Source: Nannocystis bainbridge (GTDB taxonomy: Bacteria > Myxococcota_A > Polyangia > Nannocystales > Nannocystaceae). Taken from it: a stretch of DNA of 64,000 bases. Of this stretch, positions 1 to 10,344 are shown one piece after another. The DNA is taken from assembly GCF_028368995.1 (NCBI RefSeq), contig NZ_JAQNDL010000001.1, forward strand, positions 1,792,001 through 1,856,000. The letters run 5' to 3'. Both the position numbers and the translations under genes were made by a program. The stretch's first letter is position 1; the number at the start of each line of letters is the position of its first letter. Below the pieces are notes generated by a model. It searched no databases, was not told the origin of the DNA, and saw only the letters and a program-made list of their open reading frames with translations.

Positions 1-1121
1 TCGCGCAAGAACGCGAACGCGAGGCGCGCTGCCATGTTGCCCGAGAACTCCAGCGTCCGCATCCCGCGGCGGCGCATCACTGCATTGACCCCGTCGCGCT
101 GCCAGGCCGGCAGCCCCGCGAATCCGGGGTCTCGCGTCAGCGTCGCCAGCCCCTCGGCGCCCAGCCGCACCACGATCTCGTCGAGGTGCTTCGGCCACCC
201 CGGGAACAGCGTCTGGGTCGACTCCTCCTCATATTCACGCTCGCGCAGCGGTCGGCTGGCCAGCCCGCGAATGTCCGCGTCCGCGAGCTCGCGGTACCCC
301 GCCGGCAACCCCGGCGCATCGACCCGCGAGAACAGCCGCAGCACCTCGCGCGCCGACAGCGACAGCTGCTCGTCCTCCACCCCCTCGGTGAGGTTCGCTA
401 GCAGCGACCGCTTCACCGCCGGCGCCACCTTCTTTTGCGAGAGCCAGCCGTTGGCCCACAGCTCCCACAGGAGCCCGAACGTCACGCGACGCACCTCGTC
501 GCTGTCCGCCAGCAACGGCTCGACCGCCGCCTCGAGCAGCTGCATCTGGCCGTACGCGTCCTCTTCTTTCACCAGACTCGCCGCCAGCCGCTTGCGGTCG
601 AGCCTCGCCAGCCGCTCGTCCGGGGCCACGAACGCCGACACCGCGTCGCTCGCCTCCGTCTGGGAAGTCGTGGCAGGCTTCTCCGCCTTCGCCTTCGTCA
701 CTGCGGTCTCCGCCGCCGCCGCGACCCCAGGCTTCGCCGCCTTCGCAGCGACCTTCGCCGGCTTCTTCGCCACCTTCGCAGGCTCGGCCTTTGCAACCTT
801 CGCCGGCTCGGCCTTCGCTACCTTCGCCGGCGTCTTCGCCACCTTCGCAGGCTCGGCCTTCGCTACCTTCGCCGCCTTCGCAGGCTCGGCCTTCGCTTTC
901 TTCTTCTTCGCCCCGGCCCCCGCCTCCGCGTAGCCCTTCTCCAGCTTCTCGGCCACCAGCGCCTCGGCGGCCGCCTTCGCTGCCGCCCGGGAGCCGTGCT
1001 CCTTCACCTTCGTCTGCCCCGCCGTCCCGACCCGACCGAAGCGGACCTTCGTCGCCTCGCCCTCGACGGCGATCTCCCAGAACTTGTCCGAATTTCCGTC
1101 CTGAAACGTGAACGAGCGCAT
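1..1121 (-). CDS. WGR-domain protein with Lys/Ala/Pro-rich linker (3' end runs off the window)
   Basis: Not in the ORF track; manual translation from ATG 1121 (AGGAG upstream): MRSFTFQDGNSDKFWEIAVEGEATKVRFGRVGTAGQ...LVAEKLEKGY = WGR/MolR-type domain, then KAEPAKVA repeats and a helical region; open to the left edge. ORF 34..933+ is its antisense shadow. Confidence 0.85.
   Translation of the reverse strand, partial: MRSFTFQDGNSDKFWEIAVEGEATKVRFGRVGTAGQTKVKEHGSRAAAKAAAEALVAEKLEKGYAEAGAGAKKKKAKAEPAKAAKVAKAEPAKVAKTPAKVAKAEPAKVAKAEPAKVAKKPAKVAAKAAKPGVAAAAETAVTKAKAEKPATTSQTEASDAVSAFVAPDERLARLDRKRLAASLVKEEDAYGQMQLLEAAVEPLLADSDEVRRVTFGLLWELWANGWLSQKKVAPAVKRSLLANLTEGVEDEQLSLSAREVLRLFSRVDAPGLPAGYRELADADIRGLASRPLREREYEEESTQTLFPGWPKHLDEIVVRLGAEGLATLTRDPGFAGLPAWQRDGVNAVMRRRGMRTLEFSGNMAARLAFAFLR
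730..910 (-). repeat. Intragenic tandem repeats encoding (K)AEPAKVA/KPAKVA
   Basis: Repeated ~21-24 bp units such as cttcgcaggctcggccttcgctac on the + strand. Confidence 0.8.
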
Positions 1122-1499
1122 CGATCCTCTCCTCTACCGCGGGCCAGAGTGTGTCTTGCTACCTGCTGCGAGATCGGCTGTCAATCGACCCGCAGCGCCC
1201 CAAAAACCTAGCGATCGCGGCGGCGCCACCGGGACCCGTGCGAGCACAGGACGCCCCCTCGTTTCGCCACAAGCGCAAACGGCGCACTCGCAAATCACCA
1301 ACCTCCGGCTCACCCCGTCCACGAGGCCCCGCCACGGCACCCGGGGCGCATCGTGCCCTCCGCTCCGCAGATCTGACAGCGCCGTCATCCACCCGGCATG
1401 GCGCAATACACATAGTACCGACACCCACCGACACAAACCATCGAGCCCCGTGACGACCGCGTCACGGGCCCGTCTCGAATCGACGCACATGCAGGGGCC

Positions 1500-1529
1500 T
1501 TGGACGGCGCCGCGCGGCTTCTATACCCT
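1500..1529 (+). promoter_or_regulatory. Putative sigma70-type leaderless promoter
   Basis: TTGGAC-N18-TACCCT, 7 nt before ATG 1537; no Shine-Dalgarno. Confidence 0.45.
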
Positions 1530-1536
1530 CCCCGGC

Positions 1537-3030
1537 ATGTCGAAGCTCGCCCCCCGCCTCGGTGTCCTCGTCCTCCTCCTCCCCGCCTGCACCGACGATT
1601 CCTCCGCACTCACCGCCGCCACGACCGCGGTGCTCACCACCGTCGGCGCCACCCAGACCACCACCTCGACCACCACCGGGGACCCGACCACCGGCGAGCC
1701 GACCACCGCTGTCACCACCGACGAGCCCACCACCGACGTGGGCACCACCACCACCTCGTCGACCACCGACGTCAGCACCGACACCACTGACGGCACCACG
1801 GCCGCCGCCGAATCGTGCAAGGACGGCCTGCAGAACGGCGACGAGACCGACATCGATTGCGGCGGCGCGGCCTGCCCGGCCTGCCCCGACGGCGACGCCT
1901 GCGTCCTCGACGACGATTGCGCCGGCCATAGCTGCATCGACGGCTCCTGCGGCCCCGTGCCTGCCACCTGCGACGACGAGCTTCAAAACGGCGACGAGAC
2001 CGACCTCGACTGCGGCGGCCCCGACTGTCCTGCCTGCGGTGAATCGCAGGCCTGCGCCGTCGACCTCGACTGCGCCACCCAGACCTGCATCGACGGCATC
2101 TGCCAGGCACCCACTTGCAGCGACGATCTCACCAACGGTGACGAGACCGACGTCGACTGCGGCGGCCCCGAGTGCGATCCGTGCGGCGCCGCCCTCGACT
2201 GCCTGATCGCCACCGACTGTCAGAGCGGCGTCTGCCTCGACGGTCAATGCGCGATCCCCCTTTGCAACGACGGCGCCAAGAACGGCGACGAGACCGACCT
2301 CGACTGCGGCGGCAAGTCCTGCAGCCCCTGCGCTGACGGCCTCGCCTGCAAGCTCGACGCCGACTGCCTCAAAAAAGACTGTGAGGCTGGCATCTGCGTC
2401 GGCCCCACTTGCAACGACGGCGTCAAGAACGGCGGCGAGACCGGCATCGACTGCGGCGGCCCCGACTGCGGCCCGTGCATGGCCGGCGTCGGCCTCGTCA
2501 TCAACGAGGTCGACTACGACCAGCCCGGCAGCGACAACGCCGAGTTCATCGAGATCCTCAACACCTCCGGCGCCCCGATCGACCTCGGCAACCACGCCGT
2601 CGTGCTCGTCAACGGCGCCACCAACACCACCTACGCCACCATCAACCTGGCCGGCAGCATCAACCCGGGCCAGTACCTCGTGCTCGCCAACGCCAACTTC
2701 GCCGTGCCCGCTCCGGCCCTCAAGGTCACCATCAGCAACGGCATCATTCAGAACGGCGGCAGCGACCCAGACGGCATCGCCCTCATCGACAAGACCGCCA
2801 AGAAGCTGGTCGACGCCCTCTCGTACGACGGCCCGATCACCGCGGTCAACATCGCCGGCATCGGCGTCGTCAGCCTGGTCGAGGGCATGGCCTTGCCGGC
2901 CAGCGTGATCGACGACGCCGCCGGCGCCGGCTCCCTGGTCCGCCTGCCCAACGGCAAGGACAGCAACAACGCCGCCAGCGACTGGAAGTTCACCAAGAAC
3001 ATCACCCCCGCCGCGGCCAACCTGCCCTGA
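1537..3030 (+). CDS. Lipoprotein: Thr-rich linker, Cys-rich CxDGxxNGDETDxDCGG repeats, C-terminal lamin-tail domain
   Basis: Signal MSKLAPRLGVLVLLLPAC; 5 NGDETDxDCGG-type repeats; LVINEVDYDQPGSDNAEFIEILN = LTD signature. Confidence 0.85.
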   Translation: MSKLAPRLGVLVLLLPACTDDSSALTAATTAVLTTVGATQTTTSTTTGDPTTGEPTTAVTTDEPTTDVGTTTTSSTTDVSTDTTDGTTAAAESCKDGLQNGDETDIDCGGAACPACPDGDACVLDDDCAGHSCIDGSCGPVPATCDDELQNGDETDLDCGGPDCPACGESQACAVDLDCATQTCIDGICQAPTCSDDLTNGDETDVDCGGPECDPCGAALDCLIATDCQSGVCLDGQCAIPLCNDGAKNGDETDLDCGGKSCSPCADGLACKLDADCLKKDCEAGICVGPTCNDGVKNGGETGIDCGGPDCGPCMAGVGLVINEVDYDQPGSDNAEFIEILNTSGAPIDLGNHAVVLVNGATNTTYATINLAGSINPGQYLVLANANFAVPAPALKVTISNGIIQNGGSDPDGIALIDKTAKKLVDALSYDGPITAVNIAGIGVVSLVEGMALPASVIDDAAGAGSLVRLPNGKDSNNAASDWKFTKNITPAAANLP

Positions 3031-3177
3031 TAGCGTCGAACCTCCGCGGCGCGCCCGATTGCATTCATCGCAGGGCGCGCTGCCGACATTCACCTCGATC
3101 GCGGCACCGCGATTCCCCGAGAGGGGTCCCCCGAGGGCGTACAGGCCACAATCAGCCCTCGGGCCGGGCGCGAGGAT

Positions 3178-4116
3178 CTATGGGATGCGCGTGATGAACA
3201 GCGCGTCTGGCAGCGTCGCGAATGTCGCCCCCTCCGGGCAGATCGGGACCTCCTTCTTGTCGAGGCAATCGATGTCCTCGAGCCGGCCCTTGCCGCGGCA
3301 GACCAGCCCGTCATGGCCCCACGCGGCCTCCACCGGGCTCTTGAAGTATTGCTCGGTGGCGCCGTGGATCCACCACACGTCCTCGAGCACCAGCTCCACC
3401 CCGGCCTGCGTGTGCGGTGTCCCGTCATAGCAATAATCGGCGCGGATCACCCGAATGGCCGTCTCGAACAGCCCCAGATCGCCCGTCGTGCGCGCCAAAT
3501 CATAATACCCGAGCTCGGCCGCCTTGCCGGTCGCCCCGGTGTCGCACGCCAGGTAGAGCGTGCCCGGGGCGGCCGACACCTCGCCGGTGCTCTCGTCGAT
3601 GGTGAGCCCCGACAGCACCCGCGCGCTGCCCGGCTCGTTGGCGGCGTCGGGGCAATTCGGCACCTCGACGTCGCCCTGGTGGTGATAGAAGCGGTAGCGC
3701 GGCACCCCGTCGGCCTCGAAGGCGTCGATCAGGAACATCGTCCGATTCACCATCCCCATGTTGAAGCCGATCGACCACGCCGAGCCGAGCAGCGCGGCGC
3801 CGCGGCGCGTCTCGCCGAACCCGTCGACCCCGATCAGCTCGCCGGTGTCCTCCACCAGCCCCGCCAGATCCTCCTCGTCCGCGAGCGCGACGCGGTCGAG
3901 CCGCACGCCCATGTGCGGCACGCCGAGCGACGGCACCAGCTCGGAGAACTCGTGCTCGTCGAGCACGTGGGTGTTGAACACGGTGCCGCCGCCCGAGTTG
4001 CCGCCGGTCAGCAGCACGCGCAGCTCGGCGGCTTCGTCTTCGGGGGCACAGGCGGTCCACAGCAGGGACGCGAGGAGGGGGCCGACAGGGGTCCAGAGCG
4101 GCAAGGCAGGTCGCAT
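3178..4116 (-). CDS. ADYC-domain lipoprotein
   Basis: Lipobox LLWTAC; GATGKAAELGY...RVIRADYCYDGTPHT...VEAAWG motifs; the start may extend to 4188. Confidence 0.8.
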   Translation of the reverse strand: MRPALPLWTPVGPLLASLLWTACAPEDEAAELRVLLTGGNSGGGTVFNTHVLDEHEFSELVPSLGVPHMGVRLDRVALADEEDLAGLVEDTGELIGVDGFGETRRGAALLGSAWSIGFNMGMVNRTMFLIDAFEADGVPRYRFYHHQGDVEVPNCPDAANEPGSARVLSGLTIDESTGEVSAAPGTLYLACDTGATGKAAELGYYDLARTTGDLGLFETAIRVIRADYCYDGTPHTQAGVELVLEDVWWIHGATEQYFKSPVEAAWGHDGLVCRGKGRLEDIDCLDKKEVPICPEGATFATLPDALFITRIP

Positions 4117-4206
4117 GCCCGGCGCCTCTGCAAATCTCGGGCCCGATCGGGGGCGCGCGACCGCGCCCGTTTGCAGCGCTGCCGACACGCCGTTAGCCTC
4201 CCGCCT

Positions 4207-7200
4207 GTGACCCGCGAGCCCCCCGCGCCGGCCCCGGCGTCCTCGCCACGACCGGTCCCCGCATCCCTCGTCGACGCCGCGTCCTCGCCCGCCACCGCCG
4301 CCTTCGAGGACCCCGCCCGCGTCACCGCCTCCTCGCCACGGCTCGTCACTGCCCCCTTCGTCGACGCCCCGTCCTCACCACCGCCCGCCACCGCGCCCTT
4401 CGTCGACGCCGCGTCCACGCCCACCGCCTCCTTCGTCGACAGCGCCCTCCCGCGGCCCATCACCGCCGCCCTCGACGAGCCCTCGCGGATCACCGTCGCC
4501 CCGGGCCACGCCCTCGCCAGCGATGTGGAGCGGCTCGGCGCCGCGCCGGTGCGGCTCGGTCGCTTCACCGTGCTGGAGCGGCTCGGCGCCGGCGGCATGG
4601 GCGTCGTCTACGCCGCCTACGACGAGCTGCTCGACCGCAAGGTCGCGCTCAAGCTGCTGCACCACGCGGGCGGCCGCGGCGACGATCGCCTGCTGCGCGA
4701 GGCCCAGGCGATGGCTCGCCTCTCGCACCCCAACATCGTCTCCGTGTTCGAGGTCGTCGGCCTCGGCGCCCAGCACTTCATCGCCATGGAGTTCGTGCGC
4801 GGCCAGAGCCTCGACGCCTGGCTGGCCGCCGCCGCGCGCCCCTGGCAGGACGTGCTCCCGGTCCTGCTCGCGGCCGGGCGCGGGCTCGCGGCGGCGCACC
4901 GGGCCGGCATCGTCCACCGCGACTACAAGCCGCACAACACCCTCGTCGGCGTCGACGGCAGCGTGAAGGTCGCCGACTTCGGGCTCGCGCGCGCCTTCGA
5001 GACCGGCGACACCGACCCCACGCCGCCCGCGGCCTCGCCCGGGCGCCGGCTGCTGGACGTCGCGCTCACCCGCGCCGGGGCGGTCCTCGGCACGCCGGCG
5101 TACATGGCCCCCGAGCAGCACGCCGGCCTGGCCTGCGACGAGCGCAGCGACCAGTTCAGCTTCTGCGTCACCGCCTACGAGGCGCTCTACGGCGCCCCGC
5201 CGTTCCCCCGCAGCTCGCTGGCGGCCCTGCGCGCGGCGATCGATCGCGGCGAGGTCGAACCGGCCCCGCCCGGCTCCGCCGTGCCTGCGTGGCTGCGGCG
5301 CGCCGTGGTGCGCGGCCTCGCCCCCGACCCCGCCCGCCGCCACGCCTCGATGGACGCCCTGCTGGCCGCGCTGGCGGGCGACCCGGCCGCCGCCCGCCGC
5401 CGCCGCCTCCAGATCGGCCTGTTCGGCGCCGGCCTGGGCCTGCTCGGGCTGCTCGGTGGGTGGTTCTTCGCCGCCGCCGGGCCGCAGGCCTGCCCCGACG
5501 GCGCGGCCGCCCTGCATGGCGTGTGGGACGACGCCCGCCGCGACCGGCTCGGCGCCGCCATCCTCGGCCTGCGCCAGCCGTTCGCCCCGGCCACCTGGGC
5601 CCACCTCGAGGCCCGCCTGGGCGCCTACGCCGGCGAGTGGGCCGCCATGCACGACGACGCCTGCCAGGCCCACCGCGCCGGCCGCCAGTCCGACACCCAG
5701 TACGACCTGCGCATGCGCTGCCTCGAGCTGCGCCGCACCGACCTGGCCGCCCTCACCGGCGTGCTCGCCGAGGTCGACGCCGCCTCGCTGTCCGGGGCCG
5801 CCCTCGCCGCCGACGCCCTGCCGCCGATCGCCGCCTGCGGCGACCTCGAGGGCCTGCTCGCCGACCCCCTGCGGCCGCCGCGGGACCCCGCCCTCGCCGC
5901 CGCCGTGGCCCGCTTCCAGGCCGGCCTCGCCCACGTGCGCGCGCTCGAGAGCACCGGCCTCTACGAGCGCGCCGTGCTGGCCGCCGACGCCCTCGCGCCC
6001 GCCGCGGCCGCCACCGGCCACCGCCCGTTCGGCGCCGAGCTGGCGCTGTCACGCGGCCGCGCCCTCCTCGCCAGCGACCCCGCGGCCGCCGACGAGGCCC
6101 TCACCACCGCCTTCCGCGAGGGCCTGCGCAGCGGCCACGACCGCGTCGCCACCGAGGCCCTGGCCCGGCGCCTGTTCGTGCGCGGCTACCGGTTCGGCCG
6201 CCCCGAAGCCGCCGCCGCCGATCACGAGGTCGCCCTCGCCCTGCTCGATCGCATCGGCGATCGCGGGGCCCTGCGCGGCGAGCTGCTCAACAACGCCGGC
6301 GCCGTCGCGCTCGGCCAGGGCGCGTGGGCCCGCGCCGAGGCCTTGCTGGTCGCCGCCGTCGCCGCCAAGACCGCCGCGCTCGGCCCCGACGCCGGTGAGC
6401 TGGTCTACACCCTCGCCAACCTCGGCACCCTGCGCAACGACCTCTATCGCACCGGCGCGGCCACCCAGGCCCTGCAGGCCGCCCTGGCGATCGGCGAGCG
6501 GGCCTTCGGCGCGGCCCACCCGACCACCCTGCTGGTGCGCGCCAACCTCGGCATGGCCCAGCTCAAGCACCGCCGCCTCGCCGACGCCGAGTCGACCCTC
6601 CTGGCCGTGCGCGCCGCCGCCGAGGCTCGCCCCGACCCCGACCACGCCGCCCTGGCCTTCGTCGAGCAGCAGCTGGCGTGGCTGGCCCTCGTGCGCCGCC
6701 GCCCGGCCGTCGCCCGCGACCACCTCGCCCTCGCCGAGACCCTGCTGCTCGGCCGCGACGACCCGCTCGCGCTCGCCAACATCGCCGCGCTCGCGGCCCA
6801 CGCCGCCGCCCTGCTCGGCGACCGCGACGCCACCTGGCAGCACCACGCCCGCGCCGAGGCCCTGCTGACCCAGGCCCTGCCGCCCGACCACGCCCGCCGC
6901 CGCGACCTCGAGTGCGACCGCGCCGAGCTCGAGCTGACGCTCGGCCGCCCCGCCGAGGCCCTGGCCAGCGCGCGAGCCACCGCCCACGCCCTGGCCCGCG
7001 CGCCGAGCCAGGCCCTCCTGCTGGCCCGCGCCCACGAGCTCGAGGCGCGCGCCTGCCAGGCCCTCGGCCGCGCCGACGAGGCCCTGCTCGCCAGCGAGGC
7101 CGCCGTCGCCGTGCTCGCCGAGGTCGTCGCCGAGGACAACCCGCGCACCGCCGGGGCCCTGGCGCAGCTCGGCGTCAGCGAGGCCGCCGCGGGCCGCCCC

Positions 7201-7422
7201 GAGCAGGCCCGCGCCCACCTGGAGCGCGCCGAGCAGATCTACGTCGCCGCCGCCGACCCCGACCTGCCGGCGCTGGCCCGGCTCCGCTTCGACCGCGCCA
7301 GGCTCGTCGCCGACCCGTCCCAGGCCCGCCAGCTGGCCGAGACCGCCCTCGCCACGCTCGCCTCGGCCGACAATCACGAAGCCGAAGCCGAAGCCGTCCG
7401 CACCTGGCTCGCAACCCACTGA
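4207..7422 (+). CDS. Membrane Ser/Thr protein kinase with C-terminal TPR region
   Basis: [37 protein letters not shown]; TM helix [19 protein letters not shown]; TPR-like [23 protein letters not shown]; GTG 4207 preceded by TTGCAG-N17-TAGCCT. Confidence 0.92.
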   Translation: MTREPPAPAPASSPRPVPASLVDAASSPATAAFEDPARVTASSPRLVTAPFVDAPSSPPPATAPFVDAASTPTASFVDSALPRPITAALDEPSRITVAPGHALASDVERLGAAPVRLGRFTVLERLGAGGMGVVYAAYDELLDRKVALKLLHHAGGRGDDRLLREAQAMARLSHPNIVSVFEVVGLGAQHFIAMEFVRGQSLDAWLAAAARPWQDVLPVLLAAGRGLAAAHRAGIVHRDYKPHNTLVGVDGSVKVADFGLARAFETGDTDPTPPAASPGRRLLDVALTRAGAVLGTPAYMAPEQHAGLACDERSDQFSFCVTAYEALYGAPPFPRSSLAALRAAIDRGEVEPAPPGSAVPAWLRRAVVRGLAPDPARRHASMDALLAALAGDPAAARRRRLQIGLFGAGLGLLGLLGGWFFAAAGPQACPDGAAALHGVWDDARRDRLGAAILGLRQPFAPATWAHLEARLGAYAGEWAAMHDDACQAHRAGRQSDTQYDLRMRCLELRRTDLAALTGVLAEVDAASLSGAALAADALPPIAACGDLEGLLADPLRPPRDPALAAAVARFQAGLAHVRALESTGLYERAVLAADALAPAAAATGHRPFGAELALSRGRALLASDPAAADEALTTAFREGLRSGHDRVATEALARRLFVRGYRFGRPEAAAADHEVALALLDRIGDRGALRGELLNNAGAVALGQGAWARAEALLVAAVAAKTAALGPDAGELVYTLANLGTLRNDLYRTGAATQALQAALAIGERAFGAAHPTTLLVRANLGMAQLKHRRLADAESTLLAVRAAAEARPDPDHAALAFVEQQLAWLALVRRRPAVARDHLALAETLLLGRDDPLALANIAALAAHAAALLGDRDATWQHHARAEALLTQALPPDHARRRDLECDRAELELTLGRPAEALASARATAHALARAPSQALLLARAHELEARACQALGRADEALLASEAAVAVLAEVVAEDNPRTAGALAQLGVSEAAAGRPEQARAHLERAEQIYVAAADPDLPALARLRFDRARLVADPSQARQLAETALATLASADNHEAEAEAVRTWLATH

Positions 7423-7431
7423 CTCGCTCCA

Positions 7432-7630
7432 CGCGATCGCTCCGCGCCCGCTCCGCGTCCCGTCCGACGCGAATCACTCCGCGAGCGCATCAGCGAACGA
7501 CCTCGCATCCTCGGTCCTCGCCGCATCACTCGCGCGATCGCTCCGCATCACCGAACGACTCGCGCCCTCGGTCCTCGCTGCGTCACTCGGGCCATCGCTC
7601 CGCATCACCGAGTGACCCGCGCATCACCCG
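7432..7630. repeat. Intergenic ~57-58 bp imperfect tandem repeat (about 2.5 units)
   Basis: Units begin cgcatca(g/c)cga at 7486, 7544, 7601 and share ...cctcggtcctcgc.gc.tcactcg...atcgctc. Confidence 0.75.
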
Positions 7631-7743
7631 GGCGCTCGCCGGTTGTCGTCCGCGCCGCCACGCCCCCGCCTCGCGCGTCGACCGGCCGACCACAACCTGC
7701 TCGCAAACCGAGGGAGCAGCCCCCGCCGCCCCTTCGCCGCGCG

Positions 7744-7759
7744 TGGCACGGGCGCTGCA
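7744..7759 (+). promoter_or_regulatory. Putative sigma54 (-24/-12) promoter
   Basis: TGGCACGGGCGCTGCA, GG-N10-GC spacing, 25 nt upstream of ATG 7785. Confidence 0.6.
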
Positions 7760-7784
7760 CTGGCGGTCCGCGAGAGCCCAACCC

Positions 7785-10121
7785 ATGCATCCTCGATCTT
7801 CGCGTCTCATCACCACCGTCAGCCTCGCCGTCGTCGCCGCCTGCGACCCCGAGCACGCCCCGGAGCCGGCTCCTACCGCGCGTGAAGCCTTCCTCACCGC
7901 CACCCCCGGCCTCGACTGCCTCGACGACCTCAAGCTGCGCCTGCACCACGACGACGGCACCGTCGACGTCACCAGCGACCTCGAGCTCGGCCTCGGTGAG
8001 CTCGCCCGCCCGCGCGACCTCGTCGAGCTCTCCTTCACCGTCACCCCCGCCTGCGCCGCCGATCACCGCCGCCTCACCCTCGCCGCCTACACCACGCAGG
8101 GCATCGGCCTCGGCCTCAACCCCGCCTATCCGCCGACCGCCTTCGACGTCCACACCACCCGCCTCGGCGGCGGCGACGGCTACCTCCTGCGCGCGCGCCT
8201 GCCGGACTGCCACTACGAGCTCGACCTCGCCTTCGGCGAGCCCATCGATGTCCAGCGCACGTACAAGGACACCTACGCCGCCGAGTCGCGGCTGATCTTC
8301 TCCGCCATCGGCGGCGACGAAAATTGTGACGAGGCCCCGCTCGCCGTCGATCGCTTCGATCCGGTCGAAGCCGGCTGGGGCGACGCGCCCGTGTCGGCCC
8401 ATTTCGGCTGGCGGCTCGACGCCGATCCCGCAGCCCAGCTGCGCTGCGAGCTCGACCTCGACGGCGACGGTCAGCCCGACCAGATCCTCGAGCCCTGCGA
8501 CCACACCACGGAGCTGATCAAGACCGCCGCGCTACCGCAGTGGACCTACGGCGTCGGCAAGCACCAGCCCGAGCTCGTCGTCACCGACGGTCAGCGGCGG
8601 GCCTGGGCCGGCACCGACATCTACGCCAACCACCTCGACTACAAGCCCGAAGTCCGGTTCCTCGAGGACCGGCCCGATTTCCTCGGCGCCGACATCACCG
8701 TCGCGCCTGCGCCCGACCTCAGCACGGTCGTCCTCCACTTCAAGGACGCCGGCACCCTCCCCGACGTCACCCCGGGCGAGATCGTCGTCGGTCACGGCGG
8801 CCCGCGCGGCTACATGCTGCGCGTCGAAGGCGTCACGATCGTCGACGCCGACCTCGAGCTCACCGGCCTCCCGGTCGGCCTCGACGATGTCCTCGCCGGC
8901 GGCTTCTTCGGCGCGCGCGACCTGCAGATCGACACCTCCCAGGCCCGCTGCGTCGAGGAGCCCTGCCCCGACGAGATCGTCCCCGCGCTCGACTTCCCCG
9001 CCAGCCTCGACGAGCCCGCGCCCGCCAAGCTCGCGCTCGACCAGGTCGTTCACCAGACCGAGCCCGCGCCCAACGGCCCCAAGTTCGTGTTCAAGGTCAC
9101 CGAAAACGGCGAGCTGCACCTCCAGCCCGGCCTCGAGATCGAGCGCTTCGAGCTCGACGTCGGCTTCTTCAGCATCCCCCACGCCGACCTCGCCATCGCG
9201 CCGGCGCTCGACATCACCATCGTCGTCAAGGCCGCGCTCACCCACTCGCTGGCGTTCGGCGAGATTTACCTCGGCACCTTGCCGCTCGCCGTCCCGCTGT
9301 CGGTCATGTTGCAGCCCGAGCTGCAGCTCGCCGCCGCCCTCAAGTTCACCGGCACGCTTCAGGCCCGCGGCCGCGCCAGCGCCGTCAAGGATCACACCGG
9401 CTGGCGCACCGACCTCGAGACCAACGTCGGCGGCTTCCTCGACACCTTCGGCGCCGCCATCGGCCCCGAAGTCCGGGCCACCTTGCTCGCCAAATTCGTC
9501 CTGACGCTCGGCTTCCTCGACGGCCCTTACATCGCCCCGCTGGCCAGCGTCGGCCTGCGCCACACCCTCGGCCACTCCCAGTGCGACACCTGCAACCAGG
9601 CCTTCTGGGAGGGCGGCGCCGAGTTCGGGTGGAGAGCGTTCGGCGCGGCGCTGTTCGATCCGATCAAGGTCATCCTCGCCGCCGGCGAGATCTGGAAGGA
9701 GTGCAACCCCACCTTCTGCGAGCCGCTCACCGGCGGCCCCGTCATCGTCAGCCCGCGCGACGGCGTCCTCCTCGATTGTCAGCAGTACCCACGCTTCAAG
9801 TTCCGGGCGCCCGGGGCCGCCACCACCGAGGACGTGAACAGCCCGCACCAGTTCATCATCGCCATCGAGGCCGACCACCAGATCCACGGCCCCTACGAGT
9901 ACGAGATCGACACCGCCTTCCGCGGCGGCCAGCCCGAATGGGACATCCAGTGCGTCCCGATCGGCGACGAAGGCTGGGGCGAGTGCACCTACACGCCGGC
10001 CGACAACCCGTGCCACCTCCACTCCGGTTCGAACTGGTCGAATCATTCGTGGCGCGTCACGGCCCACGTCCCGCCCGCCAGCGGCAGCCCCACCGCCAGC
10101 GCCACCTACGACGTGCCCTGA
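7785..10121 (+). CDS. Large multidomain hypothetical lipoprotein (beta-rich, PKD-like module)
   Basis: MHPRSSRLITTVSLAVVAAC lipobox; GC3-rich codons; LDLDGDGQPD...PELVVTDG PKD-like segment. Confidence 0.8.
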   Translation: MHPRSSRLITTVSLAVVAACDPEHAPEPAPTAREAFLTATPGLDCLDDLKLRLHHDDGTVDVTSDLELGLGELARPRDLVELSFTVTPACAADHRRLTLAAYTTQGIGLGLNPAYPPTAFDVHTTRLGGGDGYLLRARLPDCHYELDLAFGEPIDVQRTYKDTYAAESRLIFSAIGGDENCDEAPLAVDRFDPVEAGWGDAPVSAHFGWRLDADPAAQLRCELDLDGDGQPDQILEPCDHTTELIKTAALPQWTYGVGKHQPELVVTDGQRRAWAGTDIYANHLDYKPEVRFLEDRPDFLGADITVAPAPDLSTVVLHFKDAGTLPDVTPGEIVVGHGGPRGYMLRVEGVTIVDADLELTGLPVGLDDVLAGGFFGARDLQIDTSQARCVEEPCPDEIVPALDFPASLDEPAPAKLALDQVVHQTEPAPNGPKFVFKVTENGELHLQPGLEIERFELDVGFFSIPHADLAIAPALDITIVVKAALTHSLAFGEIYLGTLPLAVPLSVMLQPELQLAAALKFTGTLQARGRASAVKDHTGWRTDLETNVGGFLDTFGAAIGPEVRATLLAKFVLTLGFLDGPYIAPLASVGLRHTLGHSQCDTCNQAFWEGGAEFGWRAFGAALFDPIKVILAAGEIWKECNPTFCEPLTGGPVIVSPRDGVLLDCQQYPRFKFRAPGAATTEDVNSPHQFIIAIEADHQIHGPYEYEIDTAFRGGQPEWDIQCVPIGDEGWGECTYTPADNPCHLHSGSNWSNHSWRVTAHVPPASGSPTASATYDVP

Positions 10122-10143
10122 ACTCGCAGCAATGCCCGACCGC

Positions 10144-10344
10144 GCCGCCTCGTCCTCTACCGCCTCGACGCTACCCGCATGCACGCGGCCTGGAGAGCCT
10201 ACTGCGACGCGGGGATCGACTACCTCCGCAAGCGCGTCTTCCCCTGGAACGCCAAGTTCATCGAGGCCAAGGGCCAACGGCGAGGCCGACAACATGAACC
10301 TCGAGGGCTTCTTTGGCAGCGCCGTGTACTACGGGGTCGGCTAG
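10144..10344 (+). pseudogene. Frameshifted 3' gene remnant
   Basis: GC3-rich reading RRLVLYRLDATRMHAAWRAYCDAGIDYLRKRVFPWNAKFIEAK, shifting frame at gccaagggccaac to ANGEADNMNLEGFFGSAVYYGVG*; no plausible start. Confidence 0.4.

Noticed and set aside
34-933. 299-aa + strand ORF with FATFAGSA repeats
   Set aside because: Antisense shadow of the WGR gene, which has an RBS and a recognisable domain
7432-7630. Possible CRISPR array
   Set aside because: Whole units repeat with no unique spacers, only about 2.5 copies, and no cas genes
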